This document shows positions 36,588 through 46,790 of a stretch of DNA of 64,000 bases, one piece after another (positions within the stretch are counted from its first letter, which is position 1; every line of letters starts with the position of its first letter). The DNA lies in IMG/VR virus record IMGVR_UViG_3300011115_000874, positions 64,001-128,000 of that record. One strand, 5' to 3'. Position numbers and translations under genes: made by a program. The notes below the pieces were generated by a model. The model ran no database searches and was not told the DNA's origin. It saw only the letters and a list, made by a program, of their open reading frames with translations. This DNA is from a virus.

Positions 36588-38203
36588 TAGAACATACCTC
36601 CCATTCCGCCCATCATATCATCCTGTTTTTTATCTTCAGGTTTATCTACGACAGTACATTCTGTTAATAGAATTGTTCCAGCTACTGATGCTGCGTTCTC
36701 GATTGCGGTACGAGTAACTTTAGTTGGATCAATAATACCTGCGTCTTTCATGTTAACGAATTTTTCAGTTAATAAATTATATCCTTTCCAGTTATCACTA
36801 CCACCTAATTTATTAATCAAATAATAAGCCTCTTGTTCTGTAGAACCAGCGTTAGTAAGAATTTTCATAAATGGTGCACCACATGCTGTGTAAACAATTT
36901 GGCCACCTACTGATTTACGATTCTTGATTGCTTCACGAGCGTATAATAAAGCAGCGCCACCTCCAGGTACAATACCTTCTTCAATTGCGGCTTTAGTTGC
37001 TTGAAGCGCATCATCAACTCGGTCTTTCTTTTCTTTGACCTCAGTTTCAGTATTTCCACCTACGTGAACAATAGCTACTCCTCCGACAAATTTCGCGAGT
37101 CTTTCTTGTAGTTTTTCTTGTTCGAAAGGTGTTTTTGCTTTTTCGATTTGGAGCTGTAACTCTTCAATACGTGCTTGTATTCGTTCAGATTCTCCTCTTC
37201 CGTCAACGATTGTTGTTTCATCTTTTGTAATTGTAACTAATCGGGCTTCACCAAACCATTTTGAATCAAAACGATCTAATTTCATACCCTTATCAGTACT
37301 AAATACCTCACCTCCTGTTAAAATTGCAATATCATCTAAAATAAGTTTTCTACGGTCACCAAAGTCAGGAGCTTTAACTGCTGCTACTTTAATAGTACCT
37401 CTCATTTTATTAACGATAAGTGTTGCTAATGCTTCACCATCAATGTCTTCTGCAATGATAAGTAATGATTTACCTTGTGATGAAACGCTTTCTAACAATG
37501 GTAACAATTCTTTGATTGAAGTAAATTTCTTATCAGCAATCAAAATCATAGCATTCTCAAGTGTACAACTCATTGTATTGTTATCTGTAACAAAGTAATG
37601 AGATTTGTAACCACGATCAAACTGCATACCTTCTACTGTTTCAAGATATGTTTCACCTGATTTAGATTCTTCAATGTAAACAACTCCTTCACGACCTACT
37701 TTATTCATTGCTGTAGCAATCAATTCTCCTACTTCAGGATCGTTATTACCTGAGATAGTAGCTACTTGTTTTAGTTGATCTTCAGAGCTAATGTCTTGTG
37801 AGATACTCTTGCGTAATTCTCCAATTACATCTTTAACTGCGGCATCAATATCACGCTTGATAGATACTGCATTTATTCCGTTGTTTAAGTGCACTAAACC
37901 GGCTTTAACCATTTCTTGAGCCAACAATGTAGATGTAGTAGTACCATCACCTGCACCTTCAGCTGTCTTAATAGCTGCTTGTTTTACAAGTTGTACACCC
38001 AATTCTTCAATTGGATCTTCAAGTGAAATGTTTTTAGCTACTGTTACACCATCTTTTGTTGATTGTGGGTAACCATTTTGATTTGCTATAACCACATTAC
38101 GACCATTTGGACCTAATGTAGACGTAACTGCGTTTGCTAGCTTGTCAATACCAGTTACGAGTTTTTTCCTTGCTTCAGGACCGAATTCGATAATTTTACT
38201 CAT
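36587..38203 (-). CDS. groEL: Chaperonin GroEL
   Basis: TLGPNGRNV, TKDGVTVA, GDGTTT, EGMQFDRGY, GGMGGMF tail. Confidence 0.97.
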   Translation of the reverse strand: MSKIIEFGPEARKKLVTGIDKLANAVTSTLGPNGRNVVIANQNGYPQSTKDGVTVAKNISLEDPIEELGVQLVKQAAIKTAEGAGDGTTTSTLLAQEMVKAGLVHLNNGINAVSIKRDIDAAVKDVIGELRKSISQDISSEDQLKQVATISGNNDPEVGELIATAMNKVGREGVVYIEESKSGETYLETVEGMQFDRGYKSHYFVTDNNTMSCTLENAMILIADKKFTSIKELLPLLESVSSQGKSLLIIAEDIDGEALATLIVNKMRGTIKVAAVKAPDFGDRRKLILDDIAILTGGEVFSTDKGMKLDRFDSKWFGEARLVTITKDETTIVDGRGESERIQARIEELQLQIEKAKTPFEQEKLQERLAKFVGGVAIVHVGGNTETEVKEKKDRVDDALQATKAAIEEGIVPGGGAALLYAREAIKNRKSVGGQIVYTACGAPFMKILTNAGSTEQEAYYLINKLGGSDNWKGYNLLTEKFVNMKDAGIIDPTKVTRTAIENAASVAGTILLTECTVVDKPEDKKQDDMMGGMGGMF

Positions 38204-38204
38204 A

Positions 38205-38507
38205 TTATTGTTCTGTTGTTTTTATAATTGCTAAAACTTGATTTTCAGGACATACCCAATACTCTTGACCTTCCAATTCAATTTTGTTAGGACCCATACT
38301 TGGTAACATTACTTCCATTCCTACTTCTAATACTGTAGGAATAAATGCTCCTGAGTAAGATGATTGACCTGGGCCTACAGATACGATAGTACCAATAAGT
38401 GCTTTTTCTTTACCCATGTCGGGTACAATGATGGAACCATACATTCCTTCTTCTTCTTCACGGGGTTTAACTATAACCGCGTTAAACGTTGCTTGTAACT
38501 GTTTCAT
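38205..38507 (-). CDS. groES: Co-chaperonin GroES
   Basis: VIVKP, GSIIVPD, GTIVSVGPG, QVLAII; adjacent to groEL. Confidence 0.9.
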   Translation of the reverse strand: MKQLQATFNAVIVKPREEEEGMYGSIIVPDMGKEKALIGTIVSVGPGQSSYSGAFIPTVLEVGMEVMLPSMGPNKIELEGQEYWVCPENQVLAIIKTTEQ

Positions 38508-38508
38508 A

Positions 38509-38829
38509 TTATTCACTAAAATTAACTATTTGATTGATTTCTTCTTTTACTCGTTTCCATTCAGTAATATACTCATGAATAGTATTATACTCTTGACGTT
38601 TTTCTACTTTTAGTTTAGCGATTGAATTTAATGCTGAACCAAAATTAGTATGGAATGAAATAGATTTGACTGCTTCTTTAGTCCGCGTTTTGCGACCTCT
38701 TCCTTTTGTGTTTGTACCTGGGTAGACAGTTTCGTAGATTGTGTAACTGTTTGCATCACGACCGATGAAATACGGTTCGATAGACGGGTCTTTGATCAGT
38801 GTAACTGACGATAAATCGTTTTTTTCCAT
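38509..38829 (-). CDS. Hypothetical protein
   Basis: Start MEKNDL after promoter 38845-38876. Confidence 0.7.
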   Translation of the reverse strand: MEKNDLSSVTLIKDPSIEPYFIGRDANSYTIYETVYPGTNTKGRGRKTRTKEAVKSISFHTNFGSALNSIAKLKVEKRQEYNTIHEYITEWKRVKEEINQIVNFSE

Positions 38830-38897
38830 AACTTTTATTTTATTGTAATATAACATTTTTTGCTTGGGTAGCCAAGCTTTATTATAAATATGTCAAC

Positions 38898-39623
38898 TTA
38901 TTGTTCTTTTGCAACAATATAGTAAGTACTTTGTAACTCTTTGTTAGAGAATGTGAGTTTCATTAAACCATTTTGATTTATATATAAAGTACCAGATTCA
39001 GAACCTTTATTAGCAACTAATATTTCCTTCAACAAATCAGAACCATATACTAAATTAAATATTGAAGGTACATTAATAGTTGGATTTTGGATGGAATAAG
39101 TAACTTTATTAGCATATTCAACATCGCCTCCGAAAGTAAACTCTAAACCGTTTAAACCCAACCTAACAACAACGTTATCGCTATTTGTTAATGCGTTTTT
39201 AGATTTAACTAACGCTGTTATTGCTTCATCATCAATTGCTACTTGAACCTCATGGTCTTCAGAACCATTATATTTACCTGTTTTAGGAATGGTTAATAAG
39301 TCAGCTAAAGCATAATTTAGATTAAACTGGTTGTCTGCTATTAATAGTTTAGTTATTACTTTACCTTCTTTAGCATAACCAAGATCCAAATCACCTCCTG
39401 TGATAGATAATAGTTTATCTAGTTGAGTAGTGTTATTAATTCCTATCTCAGATTCAGGTAATGGAAAACCATTATAAGTTACTGTTCCTAACATTTCACG
39501 AGTAGGAGCAGTAAAATTAATAGTTAGCTTTTTATTAGCGTCTATTTCCCATTTAACATTTTCTATTTGACCATTTAAATGGTACTTTTCAATAATTGCT
39601 TGTAGCTGTAGTTTCGATATCAT
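38898..39623 (-). CDS. Sliding clamp (T4 gp45-like)
   Basis: Size, two-domain beta/alpha pattern, GLMKLTF...STYYIV end, replication context. Confidence 0.75.
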   Translation of the reverse strand: MISKLQLQAIIEKYHLNGQIENVKWEIDANKKLTINFTAPTREMLGTVTYNGFPLPESEIGINNTTQLDKLLSITGGDLDLGYAKEGKVITKLLIADNQFNLNYALADLLTIPKTGKYNGSEDHEVQVAIDDEAITALVKSKNALTNSDNVVVRLGLNGLEFTFGGDVEYANKVTYSIQNPTINVPSIFNLVYGSDLLKEILVANKGSESGTLYINQNGLMKLTFSNKELQSTYYIVAKEQ

Positions 39624-39628
39624 ATAAC

Positions 39629-39660
39629 CTAATATAATAAAAAATGACCCAAAGGCCAAA
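39629..39660 (-). promoter_or_regulatory. Early promoter with degenerate hairpin
   Basis: TTTG-N20-TATATTAG, ATG 5 nt downstream. Confidence 0.75.
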
Positions 39661-39666
39661 CTAAGT

Positions 39667-40173
39667 TTAGATTACGTCTTTTACTGTGTCTGCAAATTCT
39701 TTAAAGTCCTCATCATCTGCTAGCATAAATTTATATTTGTCTGCTTCTTGTTTTGAGTATATAAAATTATTACCTTCTTCATCACGATATGAACTATACA
39801 AATCATCAACATCCTCTTCTTTAAAACATTCTGTTCCTTCAGGAACATATAATTCTATACCATTTATTAAGCTTTGTAATCTTCTTCCAAAGAACATTCT
39901 ATCAGCGTCTGTTTTAGAATCAGTATTAAAACCTATATCTTGCATTTTGTTAGTGAATTTGTCTCCTCCACTTTTAGTTGTTCTTTCAAAATCTTGCATT
40001 TGTTGATATTCTCCCCACAATGCTATCATCACTTGTGGTTCAGTAAGTGTTCCACTATCTAATCCTATATCTCGAGTCCCACTACTACCTTCAGTATAAT
40101 ATATATTAAAAGGTAAAACAAGCATTTCAAGGTTAGCTAATGCTTCTTTTAATAAGTTTGTTAATTTAATCAT
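39667..40173 (-). CDS. Late acidic protein with MIKLTNLLKE leader (putative internal head protein)
   Basis: Late motif 40177-40184. Confidence 0.65.
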   Translation of the reverse strand: MIKLTNLLKEALANLEMLVLPFNIYYTEGSSGTRDIGLDSGTLTEPQVMIALWGEYQQMQDFERTTKSGGDKFTNKMQDIGFNTDSKTDADRMFFGRRLQSLINGIELYVPEGTECFKEEDVDDLYSSYRDEEGNNFIYSKQEADKYKFMLADDEDFKEFADTVKDVI

Positions 40174-40187
40174 GAATATAAATATGA

Positions 40188-42770
40188 TTAAAAAGCGAAA
40201 AATTTAGCTACGTTAGCATTTAATGGTGGGAACTCCCACTTTAAATCTTTATAAAGTTCCTTTAATTTGTTTAGTAGTAATGATTCAAAAATTTCATCTA
40301 CATCAATATATGTCTTAACAAATTTTTCAATCTCATCAGGTACCTTAGCATTTGGTAATCCAATTGTATCTAACTTATAAGGATTAGCTTTTAAGTTAAT
40401 TATGAATATCTTATCACCTTCTACTACTGATTCGTATTGTTTATCTAAACGTTTGAATTTTAATAAGTCATTGTAACGAACAGCTGCTTTAGTATTACTA
40501 GGTGCTTTCAATCTGAATGTGCTAAACATTTCACCTGCTCTAGGAGCGTTCCTATATGATGCTATTTGTTTTACACCTGTTGGTTTGCCTAATTCTCGAG
40601 GATCTAATGTCTTAACTAATTTATAGAAATCAATAATGGTTTGATCTATTTCTGTTTTAGACTTACCAAACAAAATATCTTTAATTAGTTGTTCACCAAA
40701 GCCTTTAAATCGTTTATTCATGTTAGACTTCATCAACTCAAGTCCTTTCATGTCTAGCTCTTCAACAGCAACACCTTCCTTATTAGTAATATACATTGCA
40801 TATCTTCTCTTACCTGTAACTAAGATACCTTTAGCAATTACCTCTTGTTTTAATTGGAAATAATGTTTTTTAGGATTAATATTAAATACTTTCTTACATA
40901 ACTCATTTAAATAGTAGTTAGACTCATCTTGAATTTCAGTAGCCATTTTTAATATTAATTCATCTTTTTGTTCAGGTGTTGAATTAGGATACCTATGTTT
41001 TAGTAAGTCACCTAACTCAATATACATGGAGTCAGTATCACTAATACAAATAAACTGTTTATCAGTATTTAACTCAGTATTAAGTTTATTATTAGCAAAC
41101 ACAATTGATTCCTGTGTAAGTCTTTGTCCGCTGTTAGTAATAGCAGCACTACAAATTAAATGTCCGTCTGTATATCTCCATCCATTCTTAGCAAATGTGC
41201 CATACATAGCGTTTTGCAAGATCTTAAATGCATGTTGGAACAAATCATATAGTTTATAATTAGCCCAATCTTCAGATTTACCTGCTGTTTTCTTTAAACC
41301 TCTATAATGTTCTCGTTTTTCAAACCAACCTTCTAAAATCTTAGCAACTACACTTTGTTCATCAGTCCTAAACATAGCACCTGAAGCTGATAATGTGAAT
41401 TCATTATCTTCAATTATCTTAATCAGCTTGCCAATTGATATTTGAGCTGCTTGTAATGTGTAATTTTTTTTATTTAGTTTTTCAATTGTTATTACTTCAC
41501 TAGGATCTCGTTCCTTAAGTTTTTCTAAACTATGATTTTGTTCATAGGTTGGATTTAAAGTAACAATTCTACCTACTAATGTTTCAATTCCTAAATTAAG
41601 TGACTTAATGATTGAGGGATATAGTGAAGTAAAGTCTAAGTCAATTACATCAAAGTATAGACCTGGTATTGGTTCTAATAAGTAACCACCTGCATATGTT
41701 GAGTTAGTTGCCTTACGAGATGGGTTATGAGTTGTTGGTTTATTAGGTGAAATAATACCTTCACGTCGTAAGTGCTTTAATATAGCACCTTCATTCATTA
41801 CAGTGTTATAATAAATTGACTCATAAGGTATATTACAAATATGAGAAATCATAACTGTCAATTCAATAAACTTTAATTTGTCTTCTAGTTTTTCTAGAAT
41901 CTCAACGTCTCGTAAGTTATAGTCAATAAAAGTATTTAAATCATTTTTAAACAATGTATTCAAATTACCTTCATATTCAATCTTACCTAACCCAACATAT
42001 TTGGTTCCAATGTCACCTAATTTATATGATGGTTCTTCTTTCATAATGTACTTCTTATGAAGTAACATATAATCTAGATGATTCACACCTCCAATTTTAA
42101 CTTGGTTTTCACCATTAAAATCACGTGCCTCAACTCTACCTATTGGTGATAACCGGCTTACCTCGTCTGTACCTACAACTTGCGACATTCGGTAGTATAA
42201 GTACGGTAAGTCGAAGTAAGCCGAGTTATAGCCGACTAATATGGTGGGATCTAACTCTTCATACTTAGATAAAAACTTACCTATTAATTCTCGTTCTGAG
42301 CCACAAGGTATAATAATTTTATCGTCCTGGTTCGTTTCAGGTATTTGTTTTGACTTATCAACAATAAAACATATCTTTTGTTTAGTAGTCACATCTATCA
42401 GAGCAATAGATGTTAAGGGCATAGGAGCAGACCTAATATATTCAGGTGTTAGTGCTCCACCCATTTCAATCTCGATATCTATATAGACTATATTATGCCA
42501 AGATGGAACTACATCATCAAATTTATAATATAGTTCTCGTAACACATATAATGACTTGTCGATATCTTTTTCTAGTAGGTCAGGATCGTTTTTATCTAAT
42601 TTCTTAGTAGGTATAGCCCATCCTCCAGTTAGTACTGGTTTAGCCCCTTCTTGTTGTTCATTTACTCTTTTCCAGTAAGTAGGCTGGAATTGGAAATCCA
42701 TCCAGCCTTGCTTATCGTCTCGTAAATGGTAAGTATAAGTTTGAAAGTCATAATAAATACTTTGATACAT
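40188..42770 (-). CDS. polB: Family B DNA polymerase (T4 gp43-like)
   Basis: ExoI DIE, ExoII GYNSAYFD, ExoIII YNLRD, DFTSLYPS, KILQNAMYG, SDTDS, KRRY. Confidence 0.96.
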   Translation of the reverse strand: MYQSIYYDFQTYTYHLRDDKQGWMDFQFQPTYWKRVNEQQEGAKPVLTGGWAIPTKKLDKNDPDLLEKDIDKSLYVLRELYYKFDDVVPSWHNIVYIDIEIEMGGALTPEYIRSAPMPLTSIALIDVTTKQKICFIVDKSKQIPETNQDDKIIIPCGSERELIGKFLSKYEELDPTILVGYNSAYFDLPYLYYRMSQVVGTDEVSRLSPIGRVEARDFNGENQVKIGGVNHLDYMLLHKKYIMKEEPSYKLGDIGTKYVGLGKIEYEGNLNTLFKNDLNTFIDYNLRDVEILEKLEDKLKFIELTVMISHICNIPYESIYYNTVMNEGAILKHLRREGIISPNKPTTHNPSRKATNSTYAGGYLLEPIPGLYFDVIDLDFTSLYPSIIKSLNLGIETLVGRIVTLNPTYEQNHSLEKLKERDPSEVITIEKLNKKNYTLQAAQISIGKLIKIIEDNEFTLSASGAMFRTDEQSVVAKILEGWFEKREHYRGLKKTAGKSEDWANYKLYDLFQHAFKILQNAMYGTFAKNGWRYTDGHLICSAAITNSGQRLTQESIVFANNKLNTELNTDKQFICISDTDSMYIELGDLLKHRYPNSTPEQKDELILKMATEIQDESNYYLNELCKKVFNINPKKHYFQLKQEVIAKGILVTGKRRYAMYITNKEGVAVEELDMKGLELMKSNMNKRFKGFGEQLIKDILFGKSKTEIDQTIIDFYKLVKTLDPRELGKPTGVKQIASYRNAPRAGEMFSTFRLKAPSNTKAAVRYNDLLKFKRLDKQYESVVEGDKIFIINLKANPYKLDTIGLPNAKVPDEIEKFVKTYIDVDEIFESLLLNKLKELYKDLKWEFPPLNANVAKFFAF

Positions 42771-42788
42771 AACCTTTATTTAAAAATT

Positions 42789-43127
42789 TTAAGTTATTAC
42801 TAACGTGAATACTCCTGTTCCTTTTAATCTATAATTTGTCCCAGTAATAGCTACTGATGGGGTGAATGTAATAACTGTGGTTCCAGGTTGTATAACAGCT
42901 GAAGCAACATACGGGGTTTGTATAAATCCTGATAATGCGGGGGCAGACCATGATCCATTAGCACAAGCTTGAGGAATATTAATAAATGTTCCATTATTAT
43001 CTGGTATTGTTTCTAAAGTGAAATATGATGAACCACCAGTATTAGTAAAAGTAAATGTTTTTAATCCTAATAAGTTCTCTCCAACTGTTCCTATTCCGTA
43101 TAATTGTGCTGATGTATAAGATGCCAT
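42789..43127 (-). CDS. Late beta-rich virion-like protein
   Basis: T/S/G-rich; late motif 43142-43149. Confidence 0.55.
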   Translation of the reverse strand: MASYTSAQLYGIGTVGENLLGLKTFTFTNTGGSSYFTLETIPDNNGTFINIPQACANGSWSAPALSGFIQTPYVASAVIQPGTTVITFTPSVAITGTNYRLKGTGVFTLVIT

Positions 43128-43152
43128 TATTTATTGTTTATCATAAATATGG

Positions 43153-43647
43153 TCACTTGTCTAGAAACTGTTTAAGATTAGGTCTAAAATAGTTTATTGA
43201 TTTCATTACCTTACGATCTCGAGAGCGATATACTACATAGTAATCACCTTGTTTTTCATAATGGCAACGTTCACCTTGTTCTTGTTCTCTAAGACGAACA
43301 GTGAAATTAGCTTCCTCTTCTGTCTTACAAGCTTTACTCATGTTTGAAGCTTGAACCTCAGCATACGCGGGTAAGATTTTATCTTTTAGACCATGAAGCA
43401 TAGCTCCATTACCTAATGAAACATAAGTAATATCACAAAGTGCATCTAACACTTCTACAACATTTCCTGTTTCACAAGCGTGTTTATATTCCTCTAATTC
43501 CTCTAGAATAAAATCATAAACAAACATCCATTCTTTTTTATCTGGGATAGTAGGTTCATAGTTATTTGGTTTACCCATTGTAGCGTTAAATTCCTCTACC
43601 TCGCTAACAAATGGAACATAATTTTCTTTAGATTGAGACATGGCCAT
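43153..43647 (-). CDS. MazG-like/PRA-PH family NTP pyrophosphohydrolase
   Basis: V.EFN, EELEEY, EVLDALCD, EVQASNMSK, KVMKS. Confidence 0.85.
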   Translation of the reverse strand: MAMSQSKENYVPFVSEVEEFNATMGKPNNYEPTIPDKKEWMFVYDFILEELEEYKHACETGNVVEVLDALCDITYVSLGNGAMLHGLKDKILPAYAEVQASNMSKACKTEEEANFTVRLREQEQGERCHYEKQGDYYVVYRSRDRKVMKSINYFRPNLKQFLDK

Positions 43648-44323
43648 TATTTATTTTAAGTGAATCAAAAAATTCTTTACGTGCTAAATTATCGTTTTCC
43701 ATAAACACACCTGATGCTTTAGTAGTAACCATTGCAGCACCTTGATGTTTAATACCTCTACAACTAACACAATTGTGAGTTGCAACTACAGTAACAATAA
43801 CACCATGATTACCTTCACAAACTTTATTTACTGCTTGATGAATTGCTGCTGTTAATTGTTCTTGGATAGCACCTCTACGACCAAAGTGTTCTACAATACG
43901 ATTTAATTTAGATAAACCAATTACTCGACCTTCAGCACCTGCAATGTAACCAATATGTACTACACCTCTAATTGTTTGGTGATGGTGTGAACACATTGAA
44001 GTTAATTGAATATTACGTTCAATAATTACCCCATCATAACCATCCGATGGGAATGAAGTAATATCAGTAAATCCATTATAGCGACCAGCCCATAGATCAT
44101 TAACATATGCTTTAGCTACACGACGAGGTGTATCAGCAGAGTTAGGATCGTTTTTCCAATCACATTTTAATGCTGTTAAGAAGTTACCAAAATGTTCAGT
44201 TGCTTCTTCAATCATTTGTTGCTTTTCTTCATCCGTTAATGGGCGATCTAAAGCTGATCCATTTGCTAGACCTGTATTCACACACTCAATGTCGTTGTGA
44301 AATTTTCTTCTATTATTTTCCAT
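43628..44323 (-). CDS. folE: GTP cyclohydrolase I
   Basis: TPRRVAK, SMCSHH, GLSKLNR, IQEQLT, HNCVSCRG. Confidence 0.95.
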   Translation of the reverse strand: MENNRRKFHNDIECVNTGLANGSALDRPLTDEEKQQMIEEATEHFGNFLTALKCDWKNDPNSADTPRRVAKAYVNDLWAGRYNGFTDITSFPSDGYDGVIIERNIQLTSMCSHHHQTIRGVVHIGYIAGAEGRVIGLSKLNRIVEHFGRRGAIQEQLTAAIHQAVNKVCEGNHGVIVTVVATHNCVSCRGIKHQGAAMVTTKASGVFMENDNLARKEFFDSLKINNGHVSI

Positions 44324-44347
44324 ATAACCTAATATATTAATTTATTT

Positions 44348-44857
44348 CTAGACTGCCAAAATATATGGCAAACTCCTTTTCTTACCTAAATCATCATCCA
44401 TTCCAAACCCAACTACCCATTCATCCTCAAGAACAAAACCGTAAAGTGAACCTGTAGGCATATCTACTTCATTAATATAACGTTTAATTAAAGTGACCAT
44501 TTGAACACTTGCTGGGTCAAATTGGTAGAAATGATTTGCTAATGCATTCATTGTTATTCCTGAGTCGTAAATGTCATCTATAAGATAAACATGCTTACCA
44601 GTTACATCTACTGATTTGTCTAGTATCATATTTAGGTCACCTCGTTCTTTACCTTCATATGATCTTACTTTTACAAAATCACATTCTGGATCTAGTGAGG
44701 ATAATTTTTCAACTAGTTTAGAATAAAAAACAAACCCACCATTTAGTACACATACTAAAACAATAGGAATTTTTTCTGATTTATGGCGATTTAAAATTTG
44801 TGTAGCGATAGAATCAATTCTTGATTCAATAATTCTATTTTCAAATAATACTTTCAT
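44348..44857 (-). CDS. hpt: Purine phosphoribosyltransferase (HPRT-like)
   Basis: VCVLNGG, VRSY, PRPP loop LIDDIYDSGITM, WVVGFGMD. Confidence 0.88.
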   Translation of the reverse strand: MKVLFENRIIESRIDSIATQILNRHKSEKIPIVLVCVLNGGFVFYSKLVEKLSSLDPECDFVKVRSYEGKERGDLNMILDKSVDVTGKHVYLIDDIYDSGITMNALANHFYQFDPASVQMVTLIKRYINEVDMPTGSLYGFVLEDEWVVGFGMDDDLGKKRSLPYILAV

Positions 44858-45116
44858 GTAATTCTTTTATTGAGTGTAATCCTGGGTAATGTTTAATTTT
44901 TCCTTTATTAGATAATATTACGTGTGGGTAATAATCTACTGAAAATGCTGTTTCTAAATCTGTGTCTTCATTAATAAAAATCATTTCGAATCCAAGTTTA
45001 TCAGCAATTTCCTGGATCATAGGGCGAGCTACTTTACATCCTCCACACCATTCAGCATAGAAGAATGTGACAGTATTTTTTGTTTTAAGCGCCTCAGTTA
45101 ATAATTTTTTATCCAT
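44841..45116 (-). CDS. Thioredoxin
   Basis: FYAEWCGGCK, cis-Pro region YYP. Confidence 0.85.
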   Translation of the reverse strand: MDKKLLTEALKTKNTVTFFYAEWCGGCKVARPMIQEIADKLGFEMIFINEDTDLETAFSVDYYPHVILSNKGKIKHYPGLHSIKELHESII

Positions 45117-45898
45117 TATACTTCTCGTTTAGTGTCAAATGCAATAATATGTTCTCTACCTGTAAAATTATAACCATTGTCTCTACAGAAATCCATCACC
45201 ATAGGATATACTCGAATTAATTCATCTCTTGTATCACCAGGAGGCATTAACCAAGTTTTACGTTTTGGAATATCCATCTCAACTCTAAATGCTTCAATCT
45301 CAGTCCATGCTTCAGGCATTTCGATAGGATTGCAAACTGGTTTAAAATGATAGTCATAATGGTATTCTAATGTTTTTCTTATCGTTTCTTTATCCAAACG
45401 GTGTTTATTATGTTGGTCCACCATTTTTTGGTCTGCGACTTTACCTTGCGGTGTAAGAGTCCCAATTGCAGGAACACTGTTACTGAACTTAGGACTAAGA
45501 GATATAAGGCCAATAGGGAAGTCAGTTTCAACGAAATGACTACCTTCTGTTTCAATTGTAATAAATAAGCCACGTTTTTCTGCTAAATGAGTTAATTCGT
45601 TTACTAGATCAGGATGCATTGTAGGTGAACCACCTGTTAACATCATTTCTCTAATATGAGGGTTATTGTCATAAATAGCTATAATATCATTAAATGTATA
45701 TTTTCCTTTCTCAGGATGAATACTTGTATACCAACTATCACACCACCCACCATCACCAAACCAACATCTATGAGTACATCCTGTAGTTCTAATAACTACT
45801 GTAGGCATCCCAGCTCTACTACCTTCTGATTGTACAGCTGTATACAGCTCTACAATAGGTAATTTTTTATTATAGTCTTCTATTCTTCCTGGTTTCAT
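45116..45898 (-). CDS. queE: 7-carboxy-7-deazaguanine synthase (radical SAM)
   Basis: VQSEG, GCTHRC-x7-CD, LTGG.P, IETEG, SLSPK. Confidence 0.92.
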   Translation of the reverse strand: MKPGRIEDYNKKLPIVELYTAVQSEGSRAGMPTVVIRTTGCTHRCWFGDGGWCDSWYTSIHPEKGKYTFNDIIAIYDNNPHIREMMLTGGSPTMHPDLVNELTHLAEKRGLFITIETEGSHFVETDFPIGLISLSPKFSNSVPAIGTLTPQGKVADQKMVDQHNKHRLDKETIRKTLEYHYDYHFKPVCNPIEMPEAWTEIEAFRVEMDIPKRKTWLMPPGDTRDELIRVYPMVMDFCRDNGYNFTGREHIIAFDTKREV

Positions 45899-46377
45899 AT
45901 TTCTTCGTAAATTGAGCTGTTATTATCATTTTCAAAACACTCTACTTTAATACATTTACAACGACCAGCATCTGTTTTAGCTAATACTTCATTAAAGTGT
46001 TCATACACTAAACGAGCATTACTTTCAGCACCCATCTTTTCTAAGAAATGTACTTTACATAGTCCTTCCATTTGCATTTGCTCAAACAAATCACGATATG
46101 GATCATCTGCTTGAATTAATGTTGTATGATCCCACATATGGTCCATCCAATCCTTTAAGCCATTACCTTTAGGTGGTGTTTTAAATCCACCATAATCAAC
46201 AATCCAATTCATATCATCTAATTGTTCATCAATATTAGGTTCATTAGATGCAAACCATACTTTAAATTTTAAAGCATAACCATGTAATAGCTGGCAGTGT
46301 GAATGTGCTGCTTTATATTGTCTGATTGCTACTGAGTAGTTTTCAAATAATTTAGTTGATATATATCTTGTTGCCAT
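45895..46377 (-). CDS. queD: 6-carboxytetrahydropterin synthase
   Basis: SHCQLLHGY, WIVDYG, DH, GAE, ECFE. Confidence 0.9.
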   Translation of the reverse strand: MATRYISTKLFENYSVAIRQYKAAHSHCQLLHGYALKFKVWFASNEPNIDEQLDDMNWIVDYGGFKTPPKGNGLKDWMDHMWDHTTLIQADDPYRDLFEQMQMEGLCKVHFLEKMGAESNARLVYEHFNEVLAKTDAGRCKCIKVECFENDNNSSIYEEI

Positions 46378-46378
46378 A

Positions 46379-46633
46379 TTATTCTCCGTTTAACCAATTA
46401 ACAATTTGTGAGTGTGATTTTACTCCTGTAAAACGTCTTAATTCTTGTCCGTTTTCAGCTAGTACTACTGTAGGTACATTTCGTATATTAGCAACCTCTA
46501 GTATTGCTGGGTCAACATAATCAATATTTTGTTTATGGACTGGGATCTGTCTTGCAATTTCATCCATAATTGGGCCCAATGTCTGACATGGAGTGCACCA
46601 ATTTGCTGTGTAGTAGTATAATTCTTTAGGCAT
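46379..46633 (-). CDS. Thioredoxin
   Basis: TANWCTPC, VPT. Confidence 0.85.
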   Translation of the reverse strand: MPKELYYYTANWCTPCQTLGPIMDEIARQIPVHKQNIDYVDPAILEVANIRNVPTVVLAENGQELRRFTGVKSHSQIVNWLNGE

Positions 46634-46790
46634 TGTCTTCAGTTTCTGGATTTTGTCGTTGTAATTGTTCTTTTAGCATAGCCATAAATTTACGTTCCAT
46701 GACTAATTTATTTTTAGCAACAGTTTCATTACGCTTTGCAATACGTTTGTTGTGGGCTTTCTTACCACCTCGTTTTTTAGATGTTGGCAT
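46626..46790 (-). CDS. Small basic protein (54 aa, MPTSKKRGGKK...)
   Basis: Read manually. Confidence 0.6.
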   Translation of the reverse strand: MPTSKKRGGKKAHNKRIAKRNETVAKNKLVMERKFMAMLKEQLQRQNPETEDNA

